The notes below the pieces were generated by a model, which saw only the letters and a list, made by a program, of their open reading frames with translations, was not told the origin of the DNA and ran no database searches. From an uncultured Nitrososphaerales archaeon (lineage in GTDB: Archaea > Thermoproteota > Nitrososphaeria > Nitrososphaerales > Nitrososphaeraceae), in contig CAVQMO010000010.1 of NCBI GenBank assembly GCA_963713605.1, positions 608,001 to 672,000 of the forward strand: a stretch of DNA of 64,000 nt. The letters run 5' to 3'. Position 1 is the first letter of the stretch. Every line of letters begins with the position of its first letter. Below, one piece after another: positions 35,474 through 46,804 of this stretch. The translations under genes and the position numbers were made by a program.

Positions 35474-36037
35474 TACCTTCCTGAAAGGAAAGCCTAGATT
35501 ATAGTCTTCTCTCCAAAGTGATTGGGAAGGAGATGAAACCTTAGACAGAGAGGGCAGCGTCACACGATGATTTGTTCGATGCCTTCAGACTGTCCCTCCA
35601 AAGGGGATGCCAGGTCTATTGATACACTCGTGATAGTCGTGCAAAATCAAAATAACTCATCGTAAAACCTTATCTAAACTGTTGCACGTTAGCAAGCACT
35701 AAAAGAGCTTTTGAGTAAGATTGATTGAATCATGCAAATCACACCGTTTTTTAACCCGAATATTTCTTCTGCGTTATTCTGTATCCTAAGCAGATGAGAA
35801 GAGCCAATAAAAGCAATCAGGCTTACTGCTCATTCCCTTTGCAAAGCACCACAAGGAGATGTTATCGCATTGCAAAGAAATGCTTGAGGATAGGGATGGG
35901 TATGTAAATCCTAGATTCACAAAGTTACTGCGCTAATGACTGCAGTTGAAGATGGGTCGCACACACATATAATACGTGGTGACGGCCGACCAATAATACT
36001 TCAAGCATGGGAGGTCAATGTTTAAAGGAGGCTGTGC

Positions 36038-36319
36038 ATGTTAATTTCTGATATTGACAATAAAGACAACAAACTAAAATACAGATCAAAACCGGACATT
36101 ATGGCACAAATACTTACTGCGACCAAAGACCGACCATTAGGAAAGACTAAAGTTATGTATTCGGTGTTTCTTTCTAGTAATCAAACAAAAGAATACTTGC
36201 GAGAGTTACTCGCAAAAAGATTGCTTTCGTATAATGAAGTAACTAGGATGTATCAAACGACATCACAAGGAATTGAGTTCCTACAATTGTATGAACAAAT
36301 GAAAAATCTAGGTGAGTAG
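36038..36319 (+). CDS. Winged-HTH regulator (archaeal HTH_45-like)
   Basis: YRSKPDIMAQIL, KTKVMY..FLS..Q.KEYL..L, YQTT.QGIEFL. Confidence 0.85.
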   Translation: MLISDIDNKDNKLKYRSKPDIMAQILTATKDRPLGKTKVMYSVFLSSNQTKEYLRELLAKRLLSYNEVTRMYQTTSQGIEFLQLYEQMKNLGE

Positions 36320-36866
36320 TAACAATCGAACGTCATTCAAAAAGGATACGCCTATTACATTGTAGGCGGTCCCCCAACAAAATTGGGCTTTGAAGACAGA
36401 CGACGTGCAATATTTTCTACGGAAGACTTTAGACCATCTATGCATAAATACACAGTTGGTCGGAGTATGATAATGACTTAATATAAAGGATTCAATTAGT
36501 TTGAGAAGAGAGGCTGATCTTTTCAAAGAAGATCCCGGAAAAAAAGAATCTATTACTGTGCAATCTTTAAGTGTGCATGCGGGCACAATTGCGCAATATT
36601 TTGTCTTCAATCCATTTGTGGTCGACTGCTCAATATATGATATATCCATTCATGGTTGCTAGAAAATGGTCTTGGTTTTTTTGCAGAATTAAGTATCTCT
36701 GCATTATTTTGAGGAACTCTGAAATATCAGTTAACGTAGTATTCCCTGGAGCGAGAACAGTAAAGATAACTATAAAAAAACCATGAGTTGCGAATTTATT
36801 ATATGAGGAAAAAAATATTAAAAATATCCCGTTTTATCCGGCCTCTTATTGCCTTTATGATTGCAC

Positions 36867-37331
36867 TTAGGGAGTCACGGTTACTGGGCTAGAAACTTCT
36901 GCCTTTCCGTCGCTAATTTCAGCTGTCTTTTCTCTAATAAAATCCCAGAAATGCTTTTCAAATGCATGCGCCCTGTAAATTTCAGCTAGAGCTACTGGAA
37001 CAACAGCTAATCCTGCCGTCGCGGCTCCCCATATTGCTGTAGGTACAATTATGTCTTTACCCCATGCACCAGTTCTTAGAACTAGGTCGTAGTTCCCCTT
37101 GGTTCCGCTTATCATTACTTCTACATCTCTTATATTACCCACAACTATACTACCTTTGCTACCTTTATGCGCCTTCAAGTTCCAATAGCCGGAAGCAGTG
37201 GAAGCAGTGGAAGCAGCCGTCTCTTCATGAATAATATCTAGCTTTATTTCCTGCAAATGTTTCTTGATGAGTTCAAAAAGTCGTTCGACCTCTACGTTTT
37301 TCAAAGTTACGTGCTCTTGTCTCATACCCAA
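36867..37331 (-). CDS. Hypothetical protein with hydrophobic hairpin
   Basis: 154-aa ORF; TGAWGKDIIVPTAIWGAATAGLAVVPVALAE. Confidence 0.6.
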   Translation of the reverse strand: MGMRQEHVTLKNVEVERLFELIKKHLQEIKLDIIHEETAASTASTASGYWNLKAHKGSKGSIVVGNIRDVEVMISGTKGNYDLVLRTGAWGKDIIVPTAIWGAATAGLAVVPVALAEIYRAHAFEKHFWDFIREKTAEISDGKAEVSSPVTVTP

Positions 37332-38200
37332 CTCTATCGGAGGTCCCTATTATACATTTATGCAGCCCACTTGGGACCGTATGATTGATCATGTCTCTCT
37401 ATACGAAAATCCGTTTCTACGCATCACATCAAGATCTCAATAAGAATCTCCAGAATGACTCAACCAAATCAGTGTAATTCACCCACTAAGAGAGAGCGGG
37501 AGTCTCCCGATTTGGAATATTAGATAATCTCTCTTTCATTCCCTTTACATTCAAGACGGAATGACCTTTCTCTAATAAAGCAAACCTTGCGGCGGTTGAG
37601 AAAATGTTTGATTCGTTCATCTTACATACACAGGAGTCCGAAGTTCCTACTATGGGAACATCGAACGATTCGGTAAAGACGCTTGTGTTGCCGGCATCCA
37701 TTTATCCAGTCCTTACCTATCTGGATACTTGGAGTGAATTACACTCTTAATGTAATTACACTCCTAACAAAATAATAACAGGATAGGGTTAGCCACGTCT
37801 TGAAGAAAGTAATCTGGGCGAATGCGGGCCACTTGATTTAATATAACTATTGGAAATTACTAAAATAGGATATCGCTGTTGATTTCTTTCTAGTCCATAT
37901 CAATTGCAAGTCGAGTTTAAAATACACGTGCTTACTTCCTAGCATAAAATACTCGTGATAGTCCTAGCATAATATATACTTAATACTAAGGTTTTTTGGT
38001 TACTGGTTCTGACATCTTGTTAGAGTAGATGGATACAAAGGATTCCATATCAGAGATCGGTAATTTATGATGCCATATTTACGAAATTGGTTGTAGAAAA
38101 GGGACTTCAATATGTCAGGATTGATTAGAATTGAATTTGGCTGCAGATAACATTACACAGATAACATTACATGAGGAAAAACAGTTGGTCATCTACAGAT

Positions 38201-38632
38201 TTATTTTAGAACCAACACTTTAAGCAGTCCATCAACCAAGAGTTTTCCGAATCCGTCCTTAATGGTCGCCTTGATGGTAATAATTCTTGTAGATTCGCTT
38301 TTACCTGTAATTATGCCATCAATTATCACGTCTTGGTTCAGATAGCAAGGAGAAAGATGCTTGCCAGAATAGGAAAGCAGGAGTCCATTCTCTCCAGGTA
38401 GATGCATTCCTACCAAACGTGAGAAGAAAGATCCTATAAGCATACCGTGGCATATTCTGTGTTTGAATTCAGTTTTGCGAGCATGCTCTTCGTCCATGTG
38501 GATTGGCGCATAATCCCCGGTAATTTTTGCAAATTCATTGACCATTGATTCAGTAATACTAACTCTGAACGATTTTGTAAGGCCTTCCTCGATATCTTTC
38601 AGTGTGTATTGTGAGATGGTAGCTTCATCCAT
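38201..38632 (-). CDS. MaoC-family (hotdog-fold) dehydratase
   Basis: FAKITGDYAPIHMDEEHA...F..RICHGML, LPG motifs; overlaps ACP stop. Confidence 0.9.
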   Translation of the reverse strand: MDEATISQYTLKDIEEGLTKSFRVSITESMVNEFAKITGDYAPIHMDEEHARKTEFKHRICHGMLIGSFFSRLVGMHLPGENGLLLSYSGKHLSPCYLNQDVIIDGIITGKSESTRIITIKATIKDGFGKLLVDGLLKVLVLK

Positions 38633-38864
38633 TTAACGATGCACCGCGTACTGATAGTATATTTTTTATATCCTTTATCTTCTTGATGTTTAATAATTCA
38701 TTAAGAGTAAATTTTACATTAAATTTGGATTCAAGTTCCTCAAATAATATCAATCCACGGAATGAATCCCAATTTTCGATTGTTTCGGGTCCAGAATCAT
38801 CATCAATCTGAGAAACCTGCACCTCCATAATATTAGCAACAATATCCAAAAGATTGTTAGACAT
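38625..38864 (-). CDS. Acyl carrier protein
   Basis: 79-aa acidic helical protein, NWDSF phosphopantetheine-Ser motif, LESKFNVKF. Confidence 0.9.
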   Translation of the reverse strand: MSNNLLDIVANIMEVQVSQIDDDSGPETIENWDSFRGLILFEELESKFNVKFTLNELLNIKKIKDIKNILSVRGASLNG

Positions 38865-40628
38865 TAATCTTCATTTAGTTCAATATGACTTGTCTGTTTA
38901 ATAGGTACGTGATAAGTATACACCCATTGTTCCCCTTCCTTTTTGAACCCAAAGTTAGGTAGGAGATGCTCGCATGGTTTGTTTTTTTTAGTTGGTATGA
39001 ACTCAGCCTTGACCTTTACAACCCCTTCTTCCTTCGCCTTACTCAAGATATATCCAAGCATCACGTTCTCTATTCCTCTCCCCATTACTCTGCAGCTTAG
39101 CAGAAAAGTATCAATGAACCATTCTTTATCGGCGTGGTTTTTGTTGACAATATATACGCCGGTAATACCATTGTCGCCAAATTTGTCCTTGGTTTGCGCA
39201 CACCCGATCAATTTGGTTTGATCATGAGCAAACATTTGAACATCTTCTTCTTGATAACGATGAGTTGTAAGATTGAATTGATTGGTCTTGAGTGTGAGCT
39301 GAGCTATTCTCGGAATGGTGAAATCATTTGCCTTCTTCATCGTCACTTTGATTCCCAGTTGCTTAAGAAAATCTTCCAAATTCGAAGCAGAATTCTTTAA
39401 CTTAATTCTTTTCTGTTCCTGATTGTACATCTGACCTCTATTTTTATCTTCACTAGTCACGGCGAGGGTGTTAAAATCGTTAATTCTCATCAAGGTGGAG
39501 GCATATAAAGACGGATCATCAGGCAAATTGATCGTCATAACCTGTGGTATGGCCTTTAACATTAATTCTCTATTTACGGGGTCATCGTCAAAGTAGACAA
39601 TGCTCTCTAATCCAATATTTAATTCCTCTGCTATTTCTTTCATATTAGAAATTTTGTCGTTCCAGTTTATTTTTATAGTTGCAAAATTTTCTTCCCGAAG
39701 AACCATGTACGGATGTTCTCGAATAGCCCTTAAAGCCTCGTCTTCATTGTTTCTGCTGTTAATCGCAAGAATCAATCCTCTTTGATACAGTGCTAGAAGT
39801 ACACGCTGAAATTCCACGAACGCCATGCCAGGCGGTTTTAATGAAAGGTCAATTCGATCAAACCCATCCTCTCCAATTATGCCACCCCATAAGGTGTTAT
39901 CTAAATCAAGTACTATACACTTTCGATTTACTCCCAGGTTAGCTTTGACATATGCCATTAACTCCTCCGCTAGGTGCGGGATATGGCTCAAGGAGACCTT
40001 GATATCACCAACAAGAAATTGTCGATAATCTAAAACATTGACCTCGCCGTATTTGGACACAAAAGAATTGAAATCGAATAAGAACACTTGGGAGTCGCTT
40101 CTGAACACATCAGACAATTTGGCGTTGAAATCATATACCATGTCCCTAAGACCATATTCAGACTTGCCTTCACAGATGCCGTACGGTGAATACGTCGGGA
40201 TACTGCAATTCGTCAAGACCAATTTTGAACCGGTCCTATTTTTGAAGGCTCTGACTAAATTCACGAGATCTGCGACGCGTTTGTCAATGTAACTTCTCCT
40301 CTCGTTGACAGATATGGCATAAGGGGTATAGAAAAGAGTAGACATGACTGTTCTAGTGTCGATAATTATGAAAGTAATATCAGGAGAAAATTCATACAAT
40401 TTACTCGATTGATCAAGAATATCTTGATTGTATTGTCCATATCCGCAAATATAAGTCGCGCAGGTTATGTCGCTTTCTGCACATTTAACTCGAAGGGCTT
40501 CTTCTAAGCCATTAATCGTAAAACTGCTAAGAATAGCAATTTTGATTTTCTTTTGGAAAATCCGGCCCTCTATAGACCTTGCTTTCGCTATGAAGTACCG
40601 ATAGGTTAGGTTCCACCTGCGACTGCAT
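38864..40628 (-). CDS. fkbH: FkbH-like glyceryl-ACP synthase (HAD-IIIC phosphatase/transferase); frameshift near 5' end
   Basis: KCIVLDLDNTLWGGIIGEDG, KINWNDK, FDDDPVNRE, KTNQFNLT, DKFGDNG, FLLSCRVMGR; N-terminal KIAILSSFT..YGQYNQDILD continues upstream to ATG 40628. Confidence 0.93.
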
Positions 40629-40936
40629 TGACTTAGATTGTTTTGCGTTGAATTCTTATATAGATTCCGGAATAATTGACTAGGAGATTGGATCTATGTC
40701 AATACCATCTTATTCATAATTATATTGCGGTTATTATAGGTTCAACAGCGCATAGCTGAATAACTGAAGTTTTTTTATAGATTTCAAACTGAATTACAAT
40801 AAAGATGATTAATGACTTTAGGCGAGGTTTTGTACATCTCGCAAGTTAGAATTAGATTAACCCGAACGGCAAGTTAATCGAAACATCTTTACTGAATTGT
40901 CAATATTGCCATTTGTCATCTCGTTCCGCTTTACAA

Positions 40937-41935
40937 TTAGTGACCTATGCTTTTGGCAACGGTTGTTTCAGGTTTCACAAATGTATCCGCCTGAATGTGT
41001 CTTCCTGGCATGATAATGACAGATGTGCTAATAGTACAATTGTTTCCAACAAGTGCTCCAAAGCGGTCTACTCCAGTATCTATTGATTTGCCTTTCTCAA
41101 TTTCGTATGATATTTTTTGTTTAGTGGATAGAGCATTCAAGGTTGCCGCATAAGCTCCGAACCATACGTTTTCTCCTATGATGCTATCAACCAATATGTT
41201 CTGTTGTGATATTTTATCACTGCCTAATAGATAGGACCTAGCGATTTCACAGTTGAATCCTATCCTTGTTTTATCACCTAACATGCAGTTTCTAATCAGA
41301 GAGCTCATCCCGATGAAACTGCCTTTACTAATATACGTGGGTCCTTTTATTTTGCAAAAGTCATCGATTGTAACGTCATCTTCAATTATGCATGGACCAT
41401 CAATAACAGTAGATTTGGATATTGATGCATTTGGTGATATTGATGCATGCCTCACTTCATCTTGCAAAATCTTTTGAATTACATAATGAAGGTCCCAAGG
41501 ATATTTGATTGGATTTATTAAGATGTTTTTTTCTTTTTCTGATTGTAAATACCATATGGCTGAATTTAGTGGTATTTCCAAAAAATCCATATTCTCTTTG
41601 ATTGATATGCTGTAACTACGAGCAGCGGTACTATTATTGTCGATGTCATTAGATGAATTGCTATCATTAGATCTGATATCATCATCCTCATCCTCATATT
41701 CCTCCACATCAATTGCTGAAAAATTATCTTGAAGTAGCTTCAAAGTGGTACCGCATTTGGAAGGTACTTTAATTCTATGAATATTCTGAATCCTACTTGC
41801 TATGCTTACATTCCGAACTATTAGCGGTTGGTGGTGCAATACTTTAAGAGAAGAGACGGGGGTTTGGCTTTCATTCTCATTTGTATCTACAATTGAATGT
41901 AGAAAATGCTTAGATCGGCGAAAGATCAGCTCCAT
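40937..41935 (-). CDS. Left-handed beta-helix (hexapeptide) acyltransferase-like protein, GlmU C-terminal-like; copy 1
   Basis: IKYPWDL linker, hexapeptide repeats (IDGPCIIEDDVTI, IKGPTYISKGSFIG, DSIIGENVWFGA, FGALVGNNC). Confidence 0.8.
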   Translation of the reverse strand: MELIFRRSKHFLHSIVDTNENESQTPVSSLKVLHHQPLIVRNVSIASRIQNIHRIKVPSKCGTTLKLLQDNFSAIDVEEYEDEDDDIRSNDSNSSNDIDNNSTAARSYSISIKENMDFLEIPLNSAIWYLQSEKEKNILINPIKYPWDLHYVIQKILQDEVRHASISPNASISKSTVIDGPCIIEDDVTIDDFCKIKGPTYISKGSFIGMSSLIRNCMLGDKTRIGFNCEIARSYLLGSDKISQQNILVDSIIGENVWFGAYAATLNALSTKQKISYEIEKGKSIDTGVDRFGALVGNNCTISTSVIIMPGRHIQADTFVKPETTVAKSIGH

Positions 41936-42034
41936 ATTGCAATGTAGATATATACAAGTGGACTAGTTTAAATCAATTTGTGTTTACATAATCATGAATT
42001 GCCTTACTCATGTCTTGTATGGAGAAGTTATCTT
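40983..42034. repeat. About 1.05-kb direct duplication, copy A (copy B 45467..46518), including about 100 bp upstream of the start
   Basis: Near-identical sequence at offset 4484; differences cluster in the 3' part of the gene. Confidence 0.93.
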
Positions 42035-42576
42035 CTTTATGAAATAAAGTCTATCCTATCTATTTCATGATATGCGCCATTATCCCCTTTTAAATATATT
42101 ACAGTTACTTTATGGCTGGATCCGACTTCAAATTAGAAACTGTAAAGTAGTTTCTAGTCTCAATCAAAACCTCCCAGAATGCTAAAAAATATTATGGAGC
42201 TTCATAATCAGTATGTATTCTGCCTAAAATAATTAATTAAGATCTGATGTACTATCACAATTTTTAGCATTGTTGGAACCATTTCTAACAAGTGGTAATG
42301 ACGACTAGTAAGTTATGTAGCATTCTGAAGTACTGGTAGGAATAAATTTTGTCATTTAGCCGTTTAGATTGTCGATCATCTTGGATGAATCTATTAGAGA
42401 TTCACGGAAACAATATTGCTATACAAGCAGATAATATTCGCTTATGTCACCTCAGGATATTAAAGGATCATACTATGGATTGACTGATTCAATACAAAAG
42501 TGAATCTCATATCTACCAAAGTCGATTCATTTGGCTCGTAAACATTAAAAAGGAGGATGCCTATTACGCTATTAAA

Positions 42577-42687
42577 ATGTCAGCGGCAACTGAAATAAGA
42601 TGTCCACAATGCAATAGTCTTTATGTTGCACCAAGCCCTGAGAATAAGAATAGGCTCGAGTGCAAGGAATGCGGCACACTCTTCTGA
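42577..42687 (+). CDS. 36-aa zinc-ribbon microprotein
   Basis: MSAATEIRCPQCNSLYVAPSPENKNRLECKECGTLF* with two CxxC knuckles. Confidence 0.55.
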   Translation: MSAATEIRCPQCNSLYVAPSPENKNRLECKECGTLF

Positions 42688-42936
42688 TAGGATTAATTAT
42701 TATCTGATAACTTGGCAGATAGCCAATTTTAATTGATTCAATCTAGGCGACTAATTCGATACTAAAGTGCTCAACCTCGTTCCAAACAACACCTATTTCA
42801 ACATTCTTTAATTGTGTTGTTCTGAACAAATGGCCAACTAAAACACTAGTATTCTGTATAATAGGAACGTTATCTTTATAATTCATTGAATATGTGGAAC
42901 ACTTTAATTACTCTATTTTACGAATGTGTAAAAGAA

Positions 42937-43071
42937 ATGGAAGAAATTCAAAAAGCAAATTGCTCTTCGTGTGGAACGTCATTTATGGGACAGAATGAAG
43001 CCACCATATATCCATCATGCTCTGCGGGGCAACAAGACCATTGACACAATGGCTGTGGCTGCTGACATTGA
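42937..43071 (+). pseudogene. Degenerate Cys/His-rich microprotein
   Basis: MEEIQKANCSSCGTSFMGQNEATIYPSCSAGQQDH*HNGCGC*H*. Confidence 0.35.
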
Positions 43072-43255
43072 CCTAAGCAGAGTTTAACATTCTTTTTTTG
43101 AATTACTAGTCTTTAGGGACTGAATGCGAGCCTTCGCAACTAAGGTAAGGGACTGATAATTTTCCGTGGGAAACATGTTTTTACTATATAAACTAATTGA
43201 ATTGACCTTGTCCCAAGAATTGGATATGTGCATTAGCGTATCCGAATACACCTGA

Positions 43256-43591
43256 TCATTTTCCACCATTTCCAATAGTATCTTCATAACATCCTCTAAC
43301 TTCTGCTCTTGTAGGTTCTTCTTTAAAGTAATTGGGCTCGGTGCTCGACAAACTATTGTCGACAACCTCTTCGATACAATCGTAAAATAGTGGAAGCTCA
43401 TTATTTAAGTTAGAATTCCCTGTATTGATGGGGATAAGCGGTACTGCCTCACCAAAAGCAATGCCTACTGTTGGGGTTTGAGATAGTGCGAATGCACCAA
43501 TTACCATCAGGACAGCAAAAATACCTGTCACCTTGGTCACAAGAAACACTTTTGATTCATTCATACTTATTGTCTTCCCAATAATTGCCAA
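43256..43591 (-). CDS. Secreted/membrane-anchored hypothetical protein with Cys pair
   Basis: Hydrophobic N-terminus; LPLFYDCIEE...EPTRAEVRGCY. Confidence 0.65.
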   Translation of the reverse strand: MAIIGKTISMNESKVFLVTKVTGIFAVLMVIGAFALSQTPTVGIAFGEAVPLIPINTGNSNLNNELPLFYDCIEEVVDNSLSSTEPNYFKEEPTRAEVRGCYEDTIGNGGK

Positions 43592-44355
43592 ATTGATTTA
43601 AGTGAGTTAAGATAGAATACACTTATCATTACTTCAGTGAAATATTATGTATCGAAAAAGCATCCATTTTACGAGCTTCATACGTAGCTGCCTTCGCCTC
43701 AATACTAGAGATCCAGTTTTAGCCACTATTCGTTACCCTATAATCTGTGCTGTAAATTCGATGCATGATAGAGGTATTTGGGAGAATATTCTTAGAAATC
43801 AGATTATCAAGGTATATACGGCAGCGTAGCTGAATCCATCACCATCCCCGACCAGCGAAATCTGGCTTGTGTCCTTCACGAAAGGTCTGGCTACTGACTT
43901 GAACTCAAGAAAATAAGCTTTGTAAATGCATCATTTGAATAACAAGTCGTACTCTAGTACATATTAACCCTATACCACTAGCGGTGCATATGACCATATT
44001 TAAAGAGTGACTGACTACATTAAGTACAGAATTCCGAATAACATGATACTTGCTATTTCTTTCTCTTGAGGTTCAGTTGGTTAATTCCAAAGTTGTAAAC
44101 AGCAGGTATATGACATCCTTGCCGTTATTTGTCCAGAAGCCTTTCTACGTTATATTGGTAACTTTATGATGTAAACATCGGTTCAGCACTCTTAGAGGTG
44201 CAATGAATATCCACATTGGATCACCGAATTTATATGACACTCTAACATAGGAATATCAATAACGTTAGACGTAATTGCTTATCATATTCATAAAGACGAT
44301 CTAAATTCAGCACGGTCAAGGATCTCATTATATAATCGATTGGTGTAATAATGCT

Positions 44356-44748
44356 GTGGTCAGAATATTCAAACGACGATATTACTATATTATAGCTGCA
44401 ATACTAATAGGAGGTACCGTTTTGTACTTTTACAATAGTTATATAAATAGACCCATGTTCGCGCTAGAATTAGATCCAACTAAGGATACTACAGATATCT
44501 CTGGAACGCAATACAGAATCAGACTTACAAATGTCGGTCAAAATGAAGTGACTGGAATACTAGTGAATTTGGGAGAAGATGACCTTCAGAATTTAACATC
44601 ACTTCAGCCAGGCCAATCATATTTTTTTTATCCCAAGCCAGACACTAGGCCTGCTATGATTAGCGTTATTACAAACGAAGGATTACATATTGAAGGCGAT
44701 TACAGGTCTCCAACAAAGGTTTTAGGATTACCTGGGGGAGGCAGATAA
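44356..44748 (+). CDS. Membrane-anchored Ig-like hypothetical protein
   Basis: N-terminal TM; YRIRLTNVG...LQPGQS pattern. Confidence 0.7.
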   Translation: MVRIFKRRYYYIIAAILIGGTVLYFYNSYINRPMFALELDPTKDTTDISGTQYRIRLTNVGQNEVTGILVNLGEDDLQNLTSLQPGQSYFFYPKPDTRPAMISVITNEGLHIEGDYRSPTKVLGLPGGGR

Positions 44749-44970
44749 TCACTGTAAAATCACATCCTTCTTTTGAATAAAAGTGAGGTTATTCTTTGGC
44801 CACCATCTGATGAACACAAAATTTCCACATAAAGATGGCCGTACCTGAGCCTGTCGGTTATAGATTATGGTATAAAAGGTTAGGAGCACTTTATCAAAGT
44901 TTACCCAAGTAGCCGGTGAACCTCATATTAATGGTTTTGCAGATGTTAGGAGATGAACGTATCTTATGCG

Positions 44971-45327
44971 CTAGTCAGTTATTGCGACTGCTATAGCAAG
45001 TGATTTGGTATGGGAAATTGATATCCGTGCTGAGATGATGTTCTTCCTTTTCCGATGAATAATAGCAGTGGGTTTTCCGTATTGTCCATGAATGATTTCT
45101 ATATCAATCATTTTTGTGGGTTTGTTCAAACATTTTAATATCGATTCCTTTGCAGCAAATATTCCAGCTAGATGAGGATACGGGTCAGAAAATTTGGCAC
45201 AATATTTCATTTCAGATTTTGTGAAAACTGAATGATAGAATCCTGTATTTCTGTCATTTAGTGGCTTGCTGCGAAATCGTTTGACTTCTATTATGTCTGT
45301 TCCAACATTCAAACTTTCAATAGTCAT
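44971..45327 (-). CDS. acpS: Holo-ACP synthase (AcpS-type phosphopantetheinyl transferase)
   Basis: VGTDIIEVKRF, FT..E..YC, LAGIFAAKESILK, GKP, ISISH..A.AVA. Confidence 0.93.
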   Translation of the reverse strand: MTIESLNVGTDIIEVKRFRSKPLNDRNTGFYHSVFTKSEMKYCAKFSDPYPHLAGIFAAKESILKCLNKPTKMIDIEIIHGQYGKPTAIIHRKRKNIISARISISHTKSLAIAVAITD

Positions 45328-45417
45328 ATGAGGACGCTGTCAAGATATTGCGATTGATACATACAATATACTTTCGAAGTCTATAGCCTTTTATTTTAGT
45401 TCAACTGTCGTTTGACG

Positions 45418-46419
45418 CTAGTTCTTACTGCTTACTTCATATGTTTTCCATAAGGCTTGAATCATCGTATCAGCCTGAATGTGTCTTCCTGGCATGATAA
45501 TGACAGATGTGCTAATAGTACAATTGTTTCCAACAAGTGCTCCAAAGCGGTCTACTCCAGTATCTATTGATTTGCCTTTCTCAATTTCGTATGATATTTT
45601 TTGTTTAGTGGATAGAACGTTCACAGTCGCCGCATAAGCTCCGAACCATACGTTTTCTCCTATGATGCTATCAAGTATTATATTTTGATGTGATATTTTA
45701 TCACTGCCTAATAGATAGGACCTAGCGATTTCACAGTTGAATCCTATCCTTGTTTTATCACCTAACATGCAGTTTCTAATCAGAGAGCTCATCCCGATGA
45801 AACTGCCTTTACTAATATACGTGGGTCCTTTTATTTTGCAAAAGTCATCGATTGTAACGTCATCTTCAATTATGCATGGACCATCAATAACAGTAGATTT
45901 GGATATTGATGCATTTGGTGATATTGATGCATGCCTCACTTCATCTTGCAAAATCTTTTGAATTACATAATGAAGGTCCCAAGGATATTTGATTGGATTT
46001 ATTAAGATGTTTTTTTCTTTTTCTGATTGTAAATACCATATGGCTGAATTTAGTGGTATTTCCAAAAAATCCATATTCTCTTTGATTGATATGCTGTAAC
46101 TACGAGCAGCGGTACTATTATTGTTGATGTCATTAGATGAATTGCTATCATTAGATCTGATATCATCATCCTCATCCTCATATTCCTCCACATCAATTGC
46201 TGAAAAATTATCTTGAAGTAGCTTCAAAGTGGTACCGCATTTGGAAGGTACTTTAATTCTATGAATATTCTGAATCCTACTTGCTATGCTTACATTCCGA
46301 ACTATTAGCGGTTGGTGGTGCAATACTTTAAGAGAAGAGACGGGGGTTTGGCTTTCATTCTCATTTGTATCTACAATTGAATGTAGAAAATGCTTAGATC
46401 GGCGAAAGATCAGCTCCAT
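45418..46419 (-). CDS. Left-handed beta-helix acyltransferase-like protein, GlmU C-terminal-like; copy 2
   Basis: As copy 1, but with KISHQNIILDS. Confidence 0.8.
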   Translation of the reverse strand: MELIFRRSKHFLHSIVDTNENESQTPVSSLKVLHHQPLIVRNVSIASRIQNIHRIKVPSKCGTTLKLLQDNFSAIDVEEYEDEDDDIRSNDSNSSNDINNNSTAARSYSISIKENMDFLEIPLNSAIWYLQSEKEKNILINPIKYPWDLHYVIQKILQDEVRHASISPNASISKSTVIDGPCIIEDDVTIDDFCKIKGPTYISKGSFIGMSSLIRNCMLGDKTRIGFNCEIARSYLLGSDKISHQNIILDSIIGENVWFGAYAATVNVLSTKQKISYEIEKGKSIDTGVDRFGALVGNNCTISTSVIIMPGRHIQADTMIQALWKTYEVSSKN

Positions 46420-46518
46420 ATTGCAATGTAGATATATACAAGTGGACTAGTTTAAATCAATTTGTGTTTACATAATCATGAATTGCCTTACTCATGTCTT
46501 GTATGGAGAAGTTATCTT
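45467..46518. repeat. About 1.05-kb direct duplication, copy B
   Basis: Matches 40983..42034. Confidence 0.93.
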
Positions 46519-46804
46519 TAATTCAATCCGATGTGTGACAAATGAGAAGGAATTAGGAAAATTAGAAGTGCTTATGATGCAATTCCCACAAACATTTGTA
46601 ATCAAGTTTGGATTGGCAATGCTGTCAAAACATAAGATTCCAGACAAATAAATTTCGAAATTGTTGGAGTCGAGTTTAGTTCCGTGCTGTCTAGAAGGAT
46701 AAAAGTCGAATTGTCTTATGTAAACGTATATTAAGAGGAGTTCAGCTATTTTTTGCACCTTTGACAAGGTACACGAAAAATCATGATATTTTAGGTGGTT
46801 TGAT

